A DNA stretch of 64,000 nucleotides from contig NIVC01001896.1 of NCBI GenBank assembly GCA_002269645.1, forward strand, positions 1 to 64,000, read 5' to 3'. Of the stretch, positions 35,101 through 48,020 are shown in pieces. The notes beneath the pieces were generated by a model. It ran no database searches and had not been told where the DNA came from. It saw only the letters and a list, made by a program, of their open reading frames with translations. This DNA is from Macrostomum lignano (lineage: Eukaryota). The position numbers and the translations under genes were made by a program. Positions within the stretch are counted from its first letter, which is position 1; every line of letters starts with the position of its first letter.

Positions 35101-36435
35101 GTTTAAAACTTTATGTACAAGACTGACTATATATACTATATGAAACAAGTATGCAAACTGCTTAATATATAATCATACTTAACTTAAAAGCTTTCTGAAG
35201 CAAACAGTAGCTGCGGATAGATTCAAATTTGATACAGCAGTGTATCCGGACCGCGCCTTCCTTCTGCCTTTACATGGCCATTGCACAATTCGAACAGAGC
35301 CTCTTGTGCGGTTAACAAAAACAAGCCTAGACCCACCTACAGACCTGCCTTCACCCTAGCCAGTATAACTAAATTCGAAAGTTCCTCGATTGCCCTGCCG
35401 CACAAGCTATTGCAGGCTATCGTTTATGCAAAATCTTGTCAGCACAGCCCCCCTCACCTGTTGTTTCCTAACTCGATCACATTCGCTAAGCTTGCACAAC
35501 ACACTACACTGCACAGCGTAGGTACAGCACAGGTAAGACAGGTAACCTGAGAATTCAAATTCAAATTCTGGAAATCGGATGCTAAGATCTTGCAGTTCCT
35601 TGGGATCAACTTTTGTACTGTTTGATCCTTCCTTACAAAGAATTTTAAGAGTCCTTACATCGGCGAGACTTGAACACTTTGGCTGAGACAAATCAAATCA
35701 TAATTATCGAGCCAGGCCAAACTAAACCAAGAGAGTTCATTTAGAAAGTTTCAGGGACCAGCGAGCGCTTATCTAATTGTTAATTGATATTTATAGCATC
35801 CACCGGGGGTTTCACACCTGTGCTTAACCTATCCTCCCTCCCCACGGCCTAACCTCCGCCTCACCTGAGCAATTTGGCAATTTCAGCTTCTAATTACTCT
35901 TAGCATCGTAAATTAGCCTTCCTTGCACATTCGCACGGAGTCATAAAGTCCCACTAATATCTGGATAGATAAGCTCAAGGCAGTAAAAATGATCAAGCGA
36001 TGCTGATAATGTTACAAAAATAGATTAGCTCACCGCCGCTCGGCAGGTCACGTGACTTCGCAAGTTGCCCAACTGAACCAGCAGCTCGTCCAGGTAAGCC
36101 AGCTGATCGGTGGGCGCCAATTCAGCGAAGCAGGAGTCGCGCAGCCACTGCACCACCTGGCTCGGCGTGGCTGAACTTGGCAGCAGCTCACCTGAGCAGC
36201 TCGAACCGTGAGCTGTAGGCGGAGACATCGACACTCGCAGCTCGGTGACGGCAGTTTCGGCGTCAGAGGAACTATCCGAAGATGAGGGCACCTGAGGCGG
36301 CTGATGCGGAGGCAGCAGAGCCACCTGCTGGTAGGTAGCAGAATGAGCTGCTACAGGAGTTTTTGCTGTCCCGTTCGGCTTGGCAACGGTTCGGTAGAAC
36401 TTGCTGGGAGCGGACGCTTTCCGTTTAGAAGTCAT
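24968..36435 (-). CDS. SoxD: SoxD-group HMG-box transcription factor (Sox5/6/13-like); exons 36435-36034, 29264-29100, 27561-27338, 26622-26487, 26387-25592, 25176-24968
   Basis: HMG box [37 protein letters not shown]...[22 protein letters not shown] is diagnostic of Sox[11 protein letters not shown] motif is in the 29.2-kb exon and MTSKRKAS is the likely N-terminus. All junctions are GT-AG with consistent phases (0,0,2,0,1). The 36-kb first exon is less certain and further exons may exist. Confidence 0.88.
25355..25550. repeat. Degenerate 12-bp repeat, SoxD last intron
   Basis: CTCTGCCTATCA / CTCTATCTGTCA units. Confidence 0.75.
26765..27170. repeat. 15-bp minisatellite, SoxD intron
   Basis: Unit TCCAAATCTCCCCTT; it produces the QISPF and RGDLE artefact ORFs. 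Confidence 0.92.
28345..28460. repeat. ~41-bp tandem repeat x3, SoxD intron
   Basis: TAATCCAGTTTCTAGGAAACAATTATAAGTCTGTCTG repeated. Confidence 0.8.
31578..32105. repeat. 18-bp minisatellite, SoxD intron 1
   Basis: CCAAGGACAGTGCCCCCT alternating with CCAAGGATATTGTCCACT. Confidence 0.93.
34045..34955. repeat. 22-24-bp minisatellite, SoxD intron 1
   Basis: Unit TGTCTCACTGTCTATGGCTCAGTG, about 38 copies. Confidence 0.96.
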
Positions 36436-36959
36436 CACAGGGCAGCAGGCCTGCATGGCAGATTGTGGGCCAGGTAATCAGTTTACTGTTCGAATCTGCA
36501 GCGCTGGAAATTGTCTTATCAAGCTAAGAAAGCCTTCTATTCTCGGATACTTGTAAGACTAAAAAGAGCCTGACAAAGAGGGGCCAGGGCTGGTGGGGGT
36601 GGGGGTGTCACGCGGATGGACGGAGCCAGACGACCGAACTCTTTTTATAGTAGAAGCAGATGATTCGAAACAGTTCGAGAATTTTGCAGCCAATGAGAGG
36701 CCGGCGTCGAAAAAATGGTGCGAGGAGAGACGGGGGGAGGAGGGGGGAGAGAGGAGATGAGGAAAACTGCAACCCCACCCACCCGAACCACCCGGCAGGC
36801 GCTTGTGAATAAGGAACTAAATGTAATTAGCAAGATTTTCGCTTTGTGCGCTTTTTATTACTCCATTTCAATTTGTTTTCTTTTCTGACAAATTCAAAAT
36901 AAGGCATTAATATATAACTCTGCTGTGCAGTGCAGACAAAATGCCTAAAATTTAGCATT

Positions 36960-37500
36960 GAGGAGCGAAAATGACCTAAGGCGCCAAAATGAGCACCTGA
37001 GGCGCCAAAATGAGGATCTAAGGCGCCAAAATGAGCACCTAAGGCGCCAAAATGAGCACCTAAGGCGCCAAAATTAGTATATAAGGCGCCAAGATGCGGA
37101 TCTAAGGCGCCAAAATGAGCACCTGAGGCGCCAAAATGAGCACCTGAGGCGCCAAAATGAGCACCTGAGGCGCCAAAATGAGCACCTGAGGCGCCAAAAT
37201 GAGCATCTAAGGCGCCAAAATGAGCATCGAAGCGCCGAAATGAGAATGAGCACCTGAGGCGCCAAAATGAGGATCTAAGGCGTCAAAATGAGCACCTAAG
37301 GCGCCAAAATGAGCACCTGAGGTGCCAAAATGAGCACCTCAGGCGCCAAAATGAGCACCTAAGGCGCCAAAATGAGCATCTAAGGCGCCAAAATGAGCAC
37401 CTGAGGTGCCCAAATGAGCACCTAAGGCGCCAAACTGAGCACCGAAGGCGCCAAAATGAGCACCTGAAGCGCTAAAGTTAGATTTTACGAAGTGCCAAGG
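36960..37500. repeat. 21-bp minisatellite
   Basis: Unit GGCGCCAAAATGAGCACCTAA/GA; the 7-aa repeat ORF (LRCSFWR) confirms the period. Confidence 0.93.
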
Positions 37501-38134
37501 CGCCAAAATTGAGGCACAAAAACAGCGCGTGGCGCCACAATGAGCATCGTGGCTCGCAATCTAAAAAAGTCTTACGACAAAGACAACAACAGGGACAAAT
37601 CCCACAATTTCAATAACACCCCCGTATCTATCGAGTTCCTCTTCTTGTCAAACACGGCATTTCTTATCAAGTCACGAGGATCTCATCGGGCTTATTCTTA
37701 TCCGCATCTCTCCGGGCTTGAGCACACCCAGTCCTCAGAGAAGCCAAGAGGTCTGTCTGTCTATAACCGTCTGATCCTTCCCATTTTTCTAGCGCGTGCC
37801 TCATCAGCGCCACAAAAAATAAGAATCCAAACTAGCTACGCTAAACGCGAGGCTTTAAACACACACACCACACACACAAGGTACGGAAAAGGAAGGAAAA
37901 AGATAAGGAGTGAGCATATCGCAGGTAGGTAAATAAGTAAAGGCGGGGGGCAGCTGGAGCCCCAGCAGATTGAGTGGCCCAGCTCGCAAAAACACCAACT
38001 GCAGCTCATGAGGCTTCTCTTTGTTGTTACATTTCCTTGACCCAGTATTCGTACTGAACTACTAGCTTTCATTGTGCCGCTTTAGATGAAAAATCATTTC
38101 TACGGGCGTATAGTTTGGTGCTTTGAACACAGCC

Positions 38135-38450
38135 TGGCATTCAAAACTTGGCGCTTATGAAACCCAACCCAAACAGGTGCCTATTAAACACAAAATGGCG
38201 CTTTTGAAACCCAAAATAGCGCCTTTTAAACACAAAATGACACATGAATACCAAAATGGCGCTTATGAAATCGATTGTGACGCTTATGAAACAAACAATG
38301 GCGCCTATTAAACCCAAACTGGTGCCTATTAAACCCAAGATGGCGCTTTTGAAACTCATAGTGGCGCTTATGAAACCCATTTTGGCGCTTATTAAATACA
38401 TAGTGGCGCTTATGGAACCCATTTTGGCGCTTATAAAACCCGTTGTGGCG
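38135..38450. repeat. Degenerate 21-bp minisatellite
   Basis: Recurring (AAAA)TGGCGCTTATGAAACCC-like units. Confidence 0.8.
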
Positions 38451-38943
38451 CATACAGTATGACACCCAAAATAGGTTTCAAAACCCAAAAAAATATTCTC
38501 TCCCAGAGTTGCGTTAACCATGGGTTCAATCAATTAAACAAATATGAACGGTAAAAACACCTTAAACTCAAGTGGAAACGTGACATTTATAAGTTACGAA
38601 CTCCTTTACAGTAATAAGTCGTATGCCCGTCGTTTTTTATTCCAACAGACGCTCGTACAGGGCCTGTCGTTTCGTTTCTGGGGTATCTTCATCATCGCTA
38701 AATCGGTACCAGAACGCACTGCTGATTTGAAAACGTGTTTCTAACTTTGGCACAGCTGTGATATGCATTGTCCCCCCGTGTATAGCCTGCCCACCCACAG
38801 CTCGGGTGCATGCGACCCCCCCCCCCATAGCTTCAGCTTATCTATAAAAACATCTCTTATCAGTTTTTGCCCATTTCGCTTTGTTATAACGAAGTTAGTT
38901 CTATTTGATAAAAAGCCTGCTAGGTTAGTTAGTAAGAATTTTT

Positions 38944-39003
38944 CAAAAAAAGGACTCGAACCTGGAACTTCTTGTATTTAACATTAGCCAACTGAAACTG
39001 AAG
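38944..39003 (-). other. tRNA-like Pol III relic (possible SINE head or tRNA pseudogene)
   Basis: The minus strand has an A-box-like AGTTTCAGTTGGCTAA, a B-box GGTTCGAGTCC (plus 38952-38962) and then a T6 run. It does not fold as a full cloverleaf. Confidence 0.3.
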
Positions 39004-39029
39004 TGATGCCGCTAACATTGACTGGGTCT

Positions 39030-39405
39030 TCAGAGAGGGCACCAATTACCCTCCTAACTGGATTCTTCAGAGGGCACCCATTTACCCTCCTTACTGATTT
39101 TTCAATGAGGGCACCATTTACCCTCCTTAATGATTCTTCAATGAGGGCACCATTTACCCTCCTTACTGATTCTTCAGAGAGGGCACCATTTACCCTCCTT
39201 ACTGATTCTTCAATGAGGGCACCATTTACCCTCCTTACTGATTCTTCAGAGAGGGCACCATTTACCCTCCTTACTGATTCTTCAGAAAAGGCACCACTTA
39301 CCCTCCTAACTGGATTCTTCAGAGAGGGCAACATTTACCCTCCTAACTGGATTCTTCAGAGAGGGCAACATTTACCCTCCTTACTGATTCTTCAATGAGG
39401 GCACC
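39030..39405. repeat. 36-bp minisatellite
   Basis: Unit AGGGCACCATTTACCCTCCTTACTGATTCTTCAGAG/ATG. Confidence 0.92.
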
Positions 39406-40085
39406 GGTAACCACCCAAGCAGCCGAAGTTTGCCAGATTACACAGATCACAGATCACAAATCAGTAAACAGCTTACCAAAGATTTTCTGACAAAAAACAA
39501 AAACTACGTTAGGAACTTCTCCGCCCCGAAGACGATGTCACAGGTGACGAGAGTGTAAAAAATACTAGAACTGTAGCAAATTTTAGCCAGGTAAAACCTA
39601 CTAAACAAAACGCTCACAGGAAAATGCACTGCACGCAAACTTACAGTATAAATTCAAGCGTACACACGCGTGTAGATATAAGTCAATTCTATACCTCTAT
39701 AAACACCCAAGCGAAGGCCTATACAATCGGATACAGCCTGAAGCAACAATAGACAACAATTTTTTCGACTTTGTGCCTCCGCGGCTGCTACAGCCTGTGC
39801 GTGTGTACGTACTGTACATTGCACAGGCCCAGCCATGACTGCGTAGCGTCTCTGCATGTGGTGGAACTTTCTTATCTGCGCGCGCTGCTTTGAACGAAGC
39901 TCAGCAGGCTACTAAGCTGCACGTGGTGCGTTCGGTGGGGGACGGGGCGAAATTAAGAGTTTCAATTTCGAACAACAATGCTTGAAATTGGTAGATAATT
40001 TAGCGTCTTACTTTGGTTTATAAAGGTATCAAGAGTTGTGTCAGGTGACAGGAGTTGTGCGATGTGTCAGGAGTTGTGCCATGTG

Positions 40086-42747
40086 TCAGGGATCGGGATC
40101 AGGGATCGGGATCAGGGATCGGGATCAGGGATCGGGATCAGGGATCGGGATCAGGGATCGGGATCAGGGATCGGGATCAGGGATCGGGATCAGGGATCGG
40201 GATCAGGGATCGGGATCAGGGATCGGGATCAGGGATCGGGATCAGGGATCGGGATCGGGATCAGGGATCGGGATCAGGGATCGGGATCAGGGATCGGGAT
40301 CAGGGATCGGGATCAGGGATCGGGATCAGGGATCGGGATCAGGGATCGGGATCAGGGATCGGGATCAGGGATCGGGATCAGGGATCGGGATCAGGGATCG
40401 GGATCAGGGATCGGGATCAGGGATCGGGATCAGGGATCGGGATCAGGGATCGGGATCAGGGATCGGGATCAGGGATCGGGATCAGGGATCGGGATCAGGG
40501 ATCGGGATCAGGGATCGGGATCAGGGATCGGGATCAGGGATCGGGATCAGGGATCGGGATCAGGGATCGGGATCGGGATCAGGGATCGGGATCAGGGATC
40601 GGGATCAGGGATCGGGATCAGGGATCGGGATCAGGGATCGGGATCAGGGATCGGGATCAGGGATCGGGATCAGGGATCGGGATCAGGGATCGGGATCAGG
40701 GATCGGGATCAGGGATCGGGATCAGGGATCGGGATCAGGGATCGGGATCAGGGATCGGGATCAGGGATCGGGATCAGGGATCGGGATCAGGGATCGGGAT
40801 CAGGGATCGGGATCAGGGATCGGGATCAGGGATCGGGATCAGGGATCGGGATCAGGGATCGGGATCAGGGATCGGGATCGGGATCAGGGATCGGGATCAG
40901 GGATCGGGATCAGGGATCGGGATCAGGGATCGGGATCAGGGATCGGGATCAGGGATCGGGATCAGGGATCGGGATCAGGGATCGGGATCAGGGATCGGGA
41001 TCAGGGATCGGGATCAGGGATCGGGATCAGGGATCGGGATCAGGGATCGGGATCAGGGATCGGGATCAGGGATCGGGATCGGGATCGGGATCAGGGATCG
41101 GGATCAGGGATCGGGATCAGGGATCGGGATCAGGGATCGGGATCAGGGATCGGGATCAGGGATCGGGATCAGGGATCGGGATCAGGGATCGGGATCAGGG
41201 ATCGGGATCAGGGATCGGGATCAGGGATCGGGATCAGGGATCGGGATCAGGGATCGGGATCAGGGATCGGGATCAGGGATCGGGATCAGGGATCGGGATC
41301 AGGGATCGGGATCAGGGATCGGGATCAGGGATCGGGATCAGGGATCGGGATCAGGGATCGGGATCAGGGATCGGGATCAGGGATCGGGATCAGGGATCGG
41401 GATCAGGGATCGGGATCAGGGATCGGGATCAGGGATCGGGATCAGGGATCGGGATCAGGGATCGGGATCAGGGATCGGGATCAGGGATCGGGATCAGGGA
41501 TCGGGATCAGGGATCGGGATCAGGGATCGGGATCAGGGATCGGGATCAGGGATCGGGATCAGGGATCGGGATCAGGGATCGGGATCAGGGATCGGGATCA
41601 GGGATCGGGATCAGGGATCGGGATCAGGGATCGGGATCAGGGATCGGGATCAGGGATCGGGATCAGGGATCGGGATCAGGGATCGGGATCAGGGATCGGG
41701 ATCAGGGATCGGGATCAGGGATCGGGATCAGGGATCGGGATCAGGGATCGGGATCAGGGATCGGGATCAGGGATCGGGATCAGGGATCGGGATCAGGGAT
41801 CGGGATCAGGGATCGGGATCAGGGATCGGGATCAGGGATCGGGATCAGGGATCGGGATCAGGGATCGGGATCAGGGATCGGGATCAGGGATCGGGATCAG
41901 GGATCGGGATCAGGGATCGGGATCAGGGATCGGGATCAGGGATCGGGATCAGGGATCGGGATCAGGGATCGGGATCAGGGATCGGGATCAGGGATCGGGA
42001 TCAGGGATCGGGATCAGGGATCGGGATCAGGGATCGGGATCAGGGATCGGGATCAGGGATCGGGATCAGGGATCGGGATCAGGGATCGGGATCAGGGATC
42101 GGGATCAGGGATCGGGATCAGGGATCGGGATCAGGGATCGGGATCAGGGATCGGGATCAGGGATCGGGATCAGGGATCGGGATCAGGGATCGGGATCAGG
42201 GATCGGGATCAGGGATCGGGATCAGGGATCGGGATCAGGGATCGGGATCAGGGATCGGGATCAGGGATCGGGATCAGGGATCGGGATCAGGGATCGGGAT
42301 CAGGGATCGGGATCAGGGATCGGGATCAGGGATCGGGATCAGGGATCGGGATCAGGGATCGGGATCAGGGATCGGGATCAGGGATCGGGATCAGGGATCG
42401 GGATCAGGGATCGGGATCAGGGATCGGGATCAGGGATCGGGATCAGGGATCGGGATCAGGGATCGGGATCAGGGATCGGGATCAGGGATCGGGATCAGGG
42501 ATCGGGATCAGGGATCGGGATCAGGGATCGGGATCAGGGATCGGGATCAGGGATCGGGATCAGGGATCGGGATCAGGGATCGGGATCAGGGATCGGGATC
42601 AGGGATCGGGATCAGGGATCGGGATCAGGGATCGGGATCAGGGATCGGGATCAGGGATCGGGATCAGGGATCGGGATCAGGGATCGGGATCAGGGATCGG
42701 GATCAGGGATCGGGATCAGGGATCGGGATCAGGGATCGGGATCAGGG
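40086..42747. repeat. Near-perfect 13-bp tandem array (GGGATCAGGGATC)n, about 200 copies
   Basis: Period 13 with occasional extra GGGATC hexamers. The three >900-aa ORFs (GSGSGIGIRDRDQ)n arise because the plus-strand unit contains no stop codon. Confidence 0.99.
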
Positions 42748-43249
42748 GAAATCTGTGCCCCAGTTCAGGCCTGGGAACCCAGAAAAGAGCCAAGCAACAA
42801 AACATTCTATCGCCAGATGGCGGTAAGGAAGTGGCGCTCAAAGTCAGTAACAATATCGACTCAGAGAAGCAGGCTGCAGGATGGGGAGACGTGAGCTGGC
42901 TTAGGATTTCGGGGGGAGGGGGCAGAACGTGCTGAGGTGCCATTTTCCCCAACTGTGCGTACAGAAGTGAGAAAGGAAAGAGGGGAGATGAAACTGGCTT
43001 GGGATAAAATCGGGTCTTCTGTGCCCCGCCAAATTTTGATGAGGCTCCCGATAAATAAAAAGGCGGTAGTTTTAGTGGCCGCAGTCAGGAGATCCGGGGA
43101 CATTGCTGTGCGAGATTTCACTCAGCTGATCTTTCTCTTGATAATTTTCAAAGCAGAAGATTTTTCAACAAAAAATGAAAACATTTCAAAATGCTAAAGA
43201 AAAAATTATTTTGTGATGGATGGATGAAATCACAGAAGGGATTTTATAA

Positions 43250-43530
43250 AGGATCATTTTTGGGTCGTTTTGGGGATCATATTGGGGATTATTGGGACAA
43301 TAGCAAGTATCATTTCAAGGATTTTGGGGATCATTTTGGGGATCACTTTGGGGGTCATTTTGGGGTCATTTGGGGGATCATTTTGAGAATCATTTTGAGA
43401 ATCATTTTGGGGATCGTTTTGGGATCATTTTGGGATCATTTTGGAACAATATCAGGGATCGTTTTATAGATCGTTTCGTGCATCATTCTGGAGGATCATT
43501 TTGGGGATCTTTTGGGGATCATATTTGAGA
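43250..43530. repeat. Degenerate 12-bp array (GGGGATCATTTT)
   Basis: About 20 GGGATC-containing units, 500 bp downstream of the 13-mer array. Confidence 0.8.
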
Positions 43531-44409
43531 TCAGAAATGATCCAGTTCAGTTTTTAACCACGCAAAAAGACACAAGAAGCTGCAGCTGACCAACAGTCGA
43601 TCTCAACTTCGAATTTGTTCAGAGAGCGGCACAAAAATCGGGGACTTTGAGGAGAGGGAGGGACGGAGAACAAATTGTCTTCTGCCAAAAGTCTTCCTTT
43701 TTGTACCGCTAATTTTCTCCGAATCAAGGCATTGCGCTTGATGAAGGAGCAACTCGCAATGAAAGGAAGGAAGCTGGGCCACTGATGACGCGGCGGTTTG
43801 CCGCAGCCAAAAGACGCGCCCGGCCTAAGGAGAACTCGAACAAGAATACGGACTGAGCACCTCTTCCCAGATAAATCCCAGTTTTAAATACGATGATTAG
43901 GCCGGCGATTCAGAAAGTTTTCATCTTGTAACCAACAACAATGCCAAAGCAAATATTTATGAATCGTTTTGAAAAGAAACGGACTGTCAAATCGTTCAGA
44001 AAAACTTGGCCAAAGCGAAATTAGGACGATTCTAGAAAAATGCTTTTAGGCAGCAAAGTCGTCCAGTATGTAATCAGTCAGCCTCATCATGTATGAAGCT
44101 GAGGGTTTGAGAGATCTCCTTGGCTTTCGGCCATCCCCCATCCCCTCTGCGGAACCACTGATTGACTGCGACCCTTTCATCTAAGATTTCTTTTGTTGTT
44201 TTTCGGGACAAGACAAACCTTACCATTTCGCTACAGCCGATCATGCTGTAGGGCGAGACTGCACCTACTGCACGCTGCCCAAGCCAAAAATAGCTACTTG
44301 TAAGCATAATTAATATTCACTCCGTGCTAGAATAAGCGAACACAAAAACAGTTTATTCAAAGCGACGGTTTAGTTTGCAGGTACACTGGTACATGAGCGC
44401 TAAGGTGAA

Positions 44410-44740
44410 CAAACAGTCACTGAAACTGTACCAAACAGTCACTGAAACTTTACCAAACAGTCACTGAAACTGTACCAAACAGTCACTGAAACTGTACCAA
44501 ACAGTCACTGAAACTGTACCAAACAGTCACTGAAACTGTACCAAACAGTCACTGAAACTGTACCAAACAGTCACTGAAACTGTACCAAACAGTCACTGAA
44601 ACTTTACCAAACAGTCACTGAAACTGTACCAAACAGTCACTGAAACTGTACCAAACAGTCACTGAAACTTTACCAAACAGTCACTGAAACTGTACCAAAC
44701 AGTCACTGAAACTGTACCAAACAGTCACTGAAACTTTACT
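44410..44740. repeat. 22-bp minisatellite
   Basis: Unit AAACAGTCACTGAAACTGTACC, about 15 copies. Confidence 0.95.
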
Positions 44741-45439
44741 GAAACACGAAATCCTGATGCATGGATTTTTAAGTTTAAATCAACGTACATGTATTGGACA
44801 AATGACGATGAAATATTTCACTCAGGAACACTTCAAAGCAAATATTTTCATTGAAATAAAGGAGCTTAGTGGAACTTGACGCTGAGAGAGGTGGTGATGC
44901 AGCGAGTTCAAGTGGCTCATGGTGATAAAGATAAAGAAGCGGCTAATGCCAACCACAAGAAAAGCTTTCAAAGTGGAATTTTTGCCAACTCTCAAAAATC
45001 TGTCACCTCTCGCCTACATGTATATCGCACCTCGGCACTGCAGAGATTTTCGCCGAACTATCTTAAGAAAATAAACTCTGCGCAAAAGACTGCGCACTTA
45101 CGGAATTCCTGTCGAAAATTCCACTCGATCATTTAAAACGACATGGGCCGAGCCCACAGAAAGTCTTCACTCGTTTAAACAAATTTGGTTGCTCCTGGCA
45201 AGATTGAGAGCTTTTTAACTGTTTTTTTTGTCATCGCCCAATTCACTTAACCCTGAATACGAGTAGTCGACGACAAGATGTTCCGAAAAAATGTTTTTGA
45301 CATTTCCGGAATAAAATTTACTATACCGACGCAAACTGGCTTGACTCTAGGTTGTTTATTTTACCTAAAACCAATCATCAGAATAGGCCACTATAACCGT
45401 GTGAGATGATCGACCCGAGGCTGAGGATTTGGCATGGTG

Positions 45440-45665
45440 GTGGCCTAGCAACTGAGGATCTGGGAGGCTGGCCTAGCAACTGAGGATCTGGGAGGCTGGC
45501 CCAGCAACTGAGGATCTGGGAGGCTGGTCCAGCAACTGAGCATCTGGGAGGCTGGCCAAGCAACTGAGGATCTGGGAGGCTGGCCCAGCAACTGAGGATC
45601 TGGGAGGCTGGCCCAGCAACTGAGGATCTGGGAGGCTGGTCCAGCAACTGAGGATCTGGGAGACT
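45440..45665. repeat. 28-bp minisatellite (reverse complement of the 16.2-kb family)
   Basis: Unit CAGCAACTGAGGATCTGGGAGGCTGGCC. Confidence 0.95.
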
Positions 45666-47359
45666 GGCTGCACAGTCTTGATTTTAATCTATTAACCATA
45701 CAATCATTGAGCTGATCGGGTCATGTTCGTTAAGTGGGAAACTAGACAAGCTTCTCAAAAACAAAAACTAGGAGTAAAATACCTTGAAATAAAAATTGTA
45801 AATCTAAAGCAAGCGATGGTAGCACATGCAGATATACACGCAATTACCCATGATTGTAGCTGATGTAGGCGCACCACTGCCGTGAGATGATGGATGTAAA
45901 AGAATTGCTGTTTTGAAGCTGGGGCAGAGACACCGCGAAGACGAAGCCGGGCAAAGAGAATGGTTTAAGGGGTTTATTGTTTGAGAAGAGCTGGAAAATA
46001 CAGCCTTTATTATACGGTAAGTTCAGGTTTTGAATTCAGCTCCACGGGCAGACCCCAACCCCGCAGAGAAGGGCTCGGAAGGAATGCTGAGTAACCAAAC
46101 TGCGCACTGCATGGGCGCGCGCTTGCGGCAAACCCCAGTTCAAATATCAACAATGCTTAGCAGTCCAACAATGCCCCATTGTTGCTGGCTATTCCCATTG
46201 TCTCTCTATAGCTCCACCCCACTCACTCTCCGCTGTACCATTGAGCTGTCTTAATATTCTCCTCCCCTGGCTCACTGCGCGCCCAGAACTGAGTATGCAG
46301 CATTGCTGAGGTACCTATAAGACAAGTCTACAACGCCCCCTCCCACTCCAGCTCTATTTCTTCTCTCACCTCTTTACAGCTCAATTCATTTCTCCTCATG
46401 CATTGTAATAAGTTCGATTGAAGACAATTAAAAAAAGAAGTAATTTCCAGTGCTACTGAGAGTTATAGGCTGAGTGTGAGCGATCCTACTCTCTCAGACT
46501 GTCTTGCTAAAAATTGCCCGGGCACAATAGGCAGTCTCTACAGTAGGAAACTTCTATTTTTGAAATGGACAAAAACATTTCACGCTTACTTTGAAGGCCG
46601 AGGACAGGGAGTCCGAGCGCGAGGCAGAGAATTCTGTGTGGTGCACAGTTGCGCTTGAGATTGCGAGTGAGAAAGATTGAGAGCCTGACAATAGAGCTCT
46701 CAAATGTAAGGTCTGAATATAAGGCGACCCGATTAAAATGAGATTAACCTATTAACAATGTGCAAATAAGTATTCAATGAATTGGGGAAATGTCACCACT
46801 TGCTATTCAATTCCGACCTAATAAAGTCTTCAACAACAAAGTCAAAGGTTGTGTAAATTTCTGTAAACCAACTTAAAGTTCGGCTTTCCCCAACTCAAAA
46901 TTTAAAATTGGCTATAATTAGTGACTAGTAGGAGCGCATGATCTTTCGACAGCGTGACATTTCGAACTTAAGAAACTCCCGTCCCAAATCCAACCCAGAT
47001 ATCTAGGGCCATGAAGTGCAGGGCACAGTGAAGATGAATCAAGGGGGGGGGGTCAGAGAGAGCCCCCAAGACGGGGGACACGAAAGACAATGAATGAGCA
47101 TTCACAACTCAAATCTCTAGAGCTGTGCTCACACATAATAGTGGACACTGCGAGTCCAAGTAGCCGAACACAATGCCGCTGCAATCAAAAGCAGGTAGCT
47201 CGAATAATCCATTTTCAAACTTCCAAAGAAAATAAAATTACTGCAGCAAAGTTGAAAGAATGGGGTGAGGAAAGCACAGGCCACAGCAGCAGCCGCAATT
47301 CTCAGGTTAAAATATAATAATGGCCTGGAATTATGAGAAATGGCAGTATATTTTAACTC

Positions 47360-48020
47360 TCTGGGAGGCTGGCCCAGAAACTGAGGATCTGGGAGGCTTG
47401 CCCAGCAACTGAGGATCTGGGAGGCTGGCCCAGCAACTGACACTCTGGGAGGCTGGTGGCCCAGAAAATGAGGATTTAGGGGGCTGGCCCAGCAACTGAC
47501 ACTCTGGGAGGCTGGTGGCCCAGAAAATGAGGATTTAGGGGGCTGGCCCAGCAACTGACACTCTGGGAGGCTGGTGGCCAAGAAAATGAGGATCTAGGGG
47601 GCTGGCCCAGCAACTGACACTCTGGGAGGCTGGCCAACCCACTGAAGATCTGGGAAGCTGGCCCAGCAACTGAGGATCTGGGAGGCTGGCAGCCCAGCAA
47701 CTGAGGATCTGGGAGGCTGGCAGCCCAGCAACTGAGGATCTGGGAGGCTGGCAGCCCAGCAACTGAGGATCTGGGAGGCTGGCAGCCCAGCAACTGACGA
47801 TCTGGGAGGCTGGCAGCCCAGCAACTGAGGATCTGGGAGGCTGGCAGCCCAGCAACTGAGGATCTGGGAGGCTGGCAGCCCAGCAACTGAGGATCTGGGA
47901 GGCTGGCAGCCCAGCAACTGAGGATCTGGGAGGCTGGCAGCCCAGCAACTGAGGATCTGGGAGGCTGGCAGCCCAGCAACTGAGGATCTGGGAGGCTGGC
48001 AGCCTAGCAACTGAGGATCT
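47360..48020. repeat. 28-32-bp minisatellite (same family, with GCA/GGT insertion variants)
   Basis: Unit CAGCAACTGAGGATCTGGGAGGCTGG(CAG)CC. Confidence 0.95.

Noticed and set aside
40036-42935. Three ORFs of more than 900 aa (GSGSGIGIRDRDQ)n
   Set aside because: All three frames give the same peptide because the 13-bp unit has no stop codon; there are no credible starts, splice context or codon variation.
11898-43530. Shared GATCC/ATCC core among many arrays, as a possible recombination seed
   Set aside because: A 4-5-nt core is too short to assess by eye and several arrays lack it; it needs a statistical test.
47360-47400. The 28-mer unit resembles a hammerhead core (CTGAGGA-TCTGGG...CCCA-GAAA)
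   Set aside because: Most units have GCAA rather than GAAA, stem II is out of register, and there is no stem III, NUH triplet or stem I.
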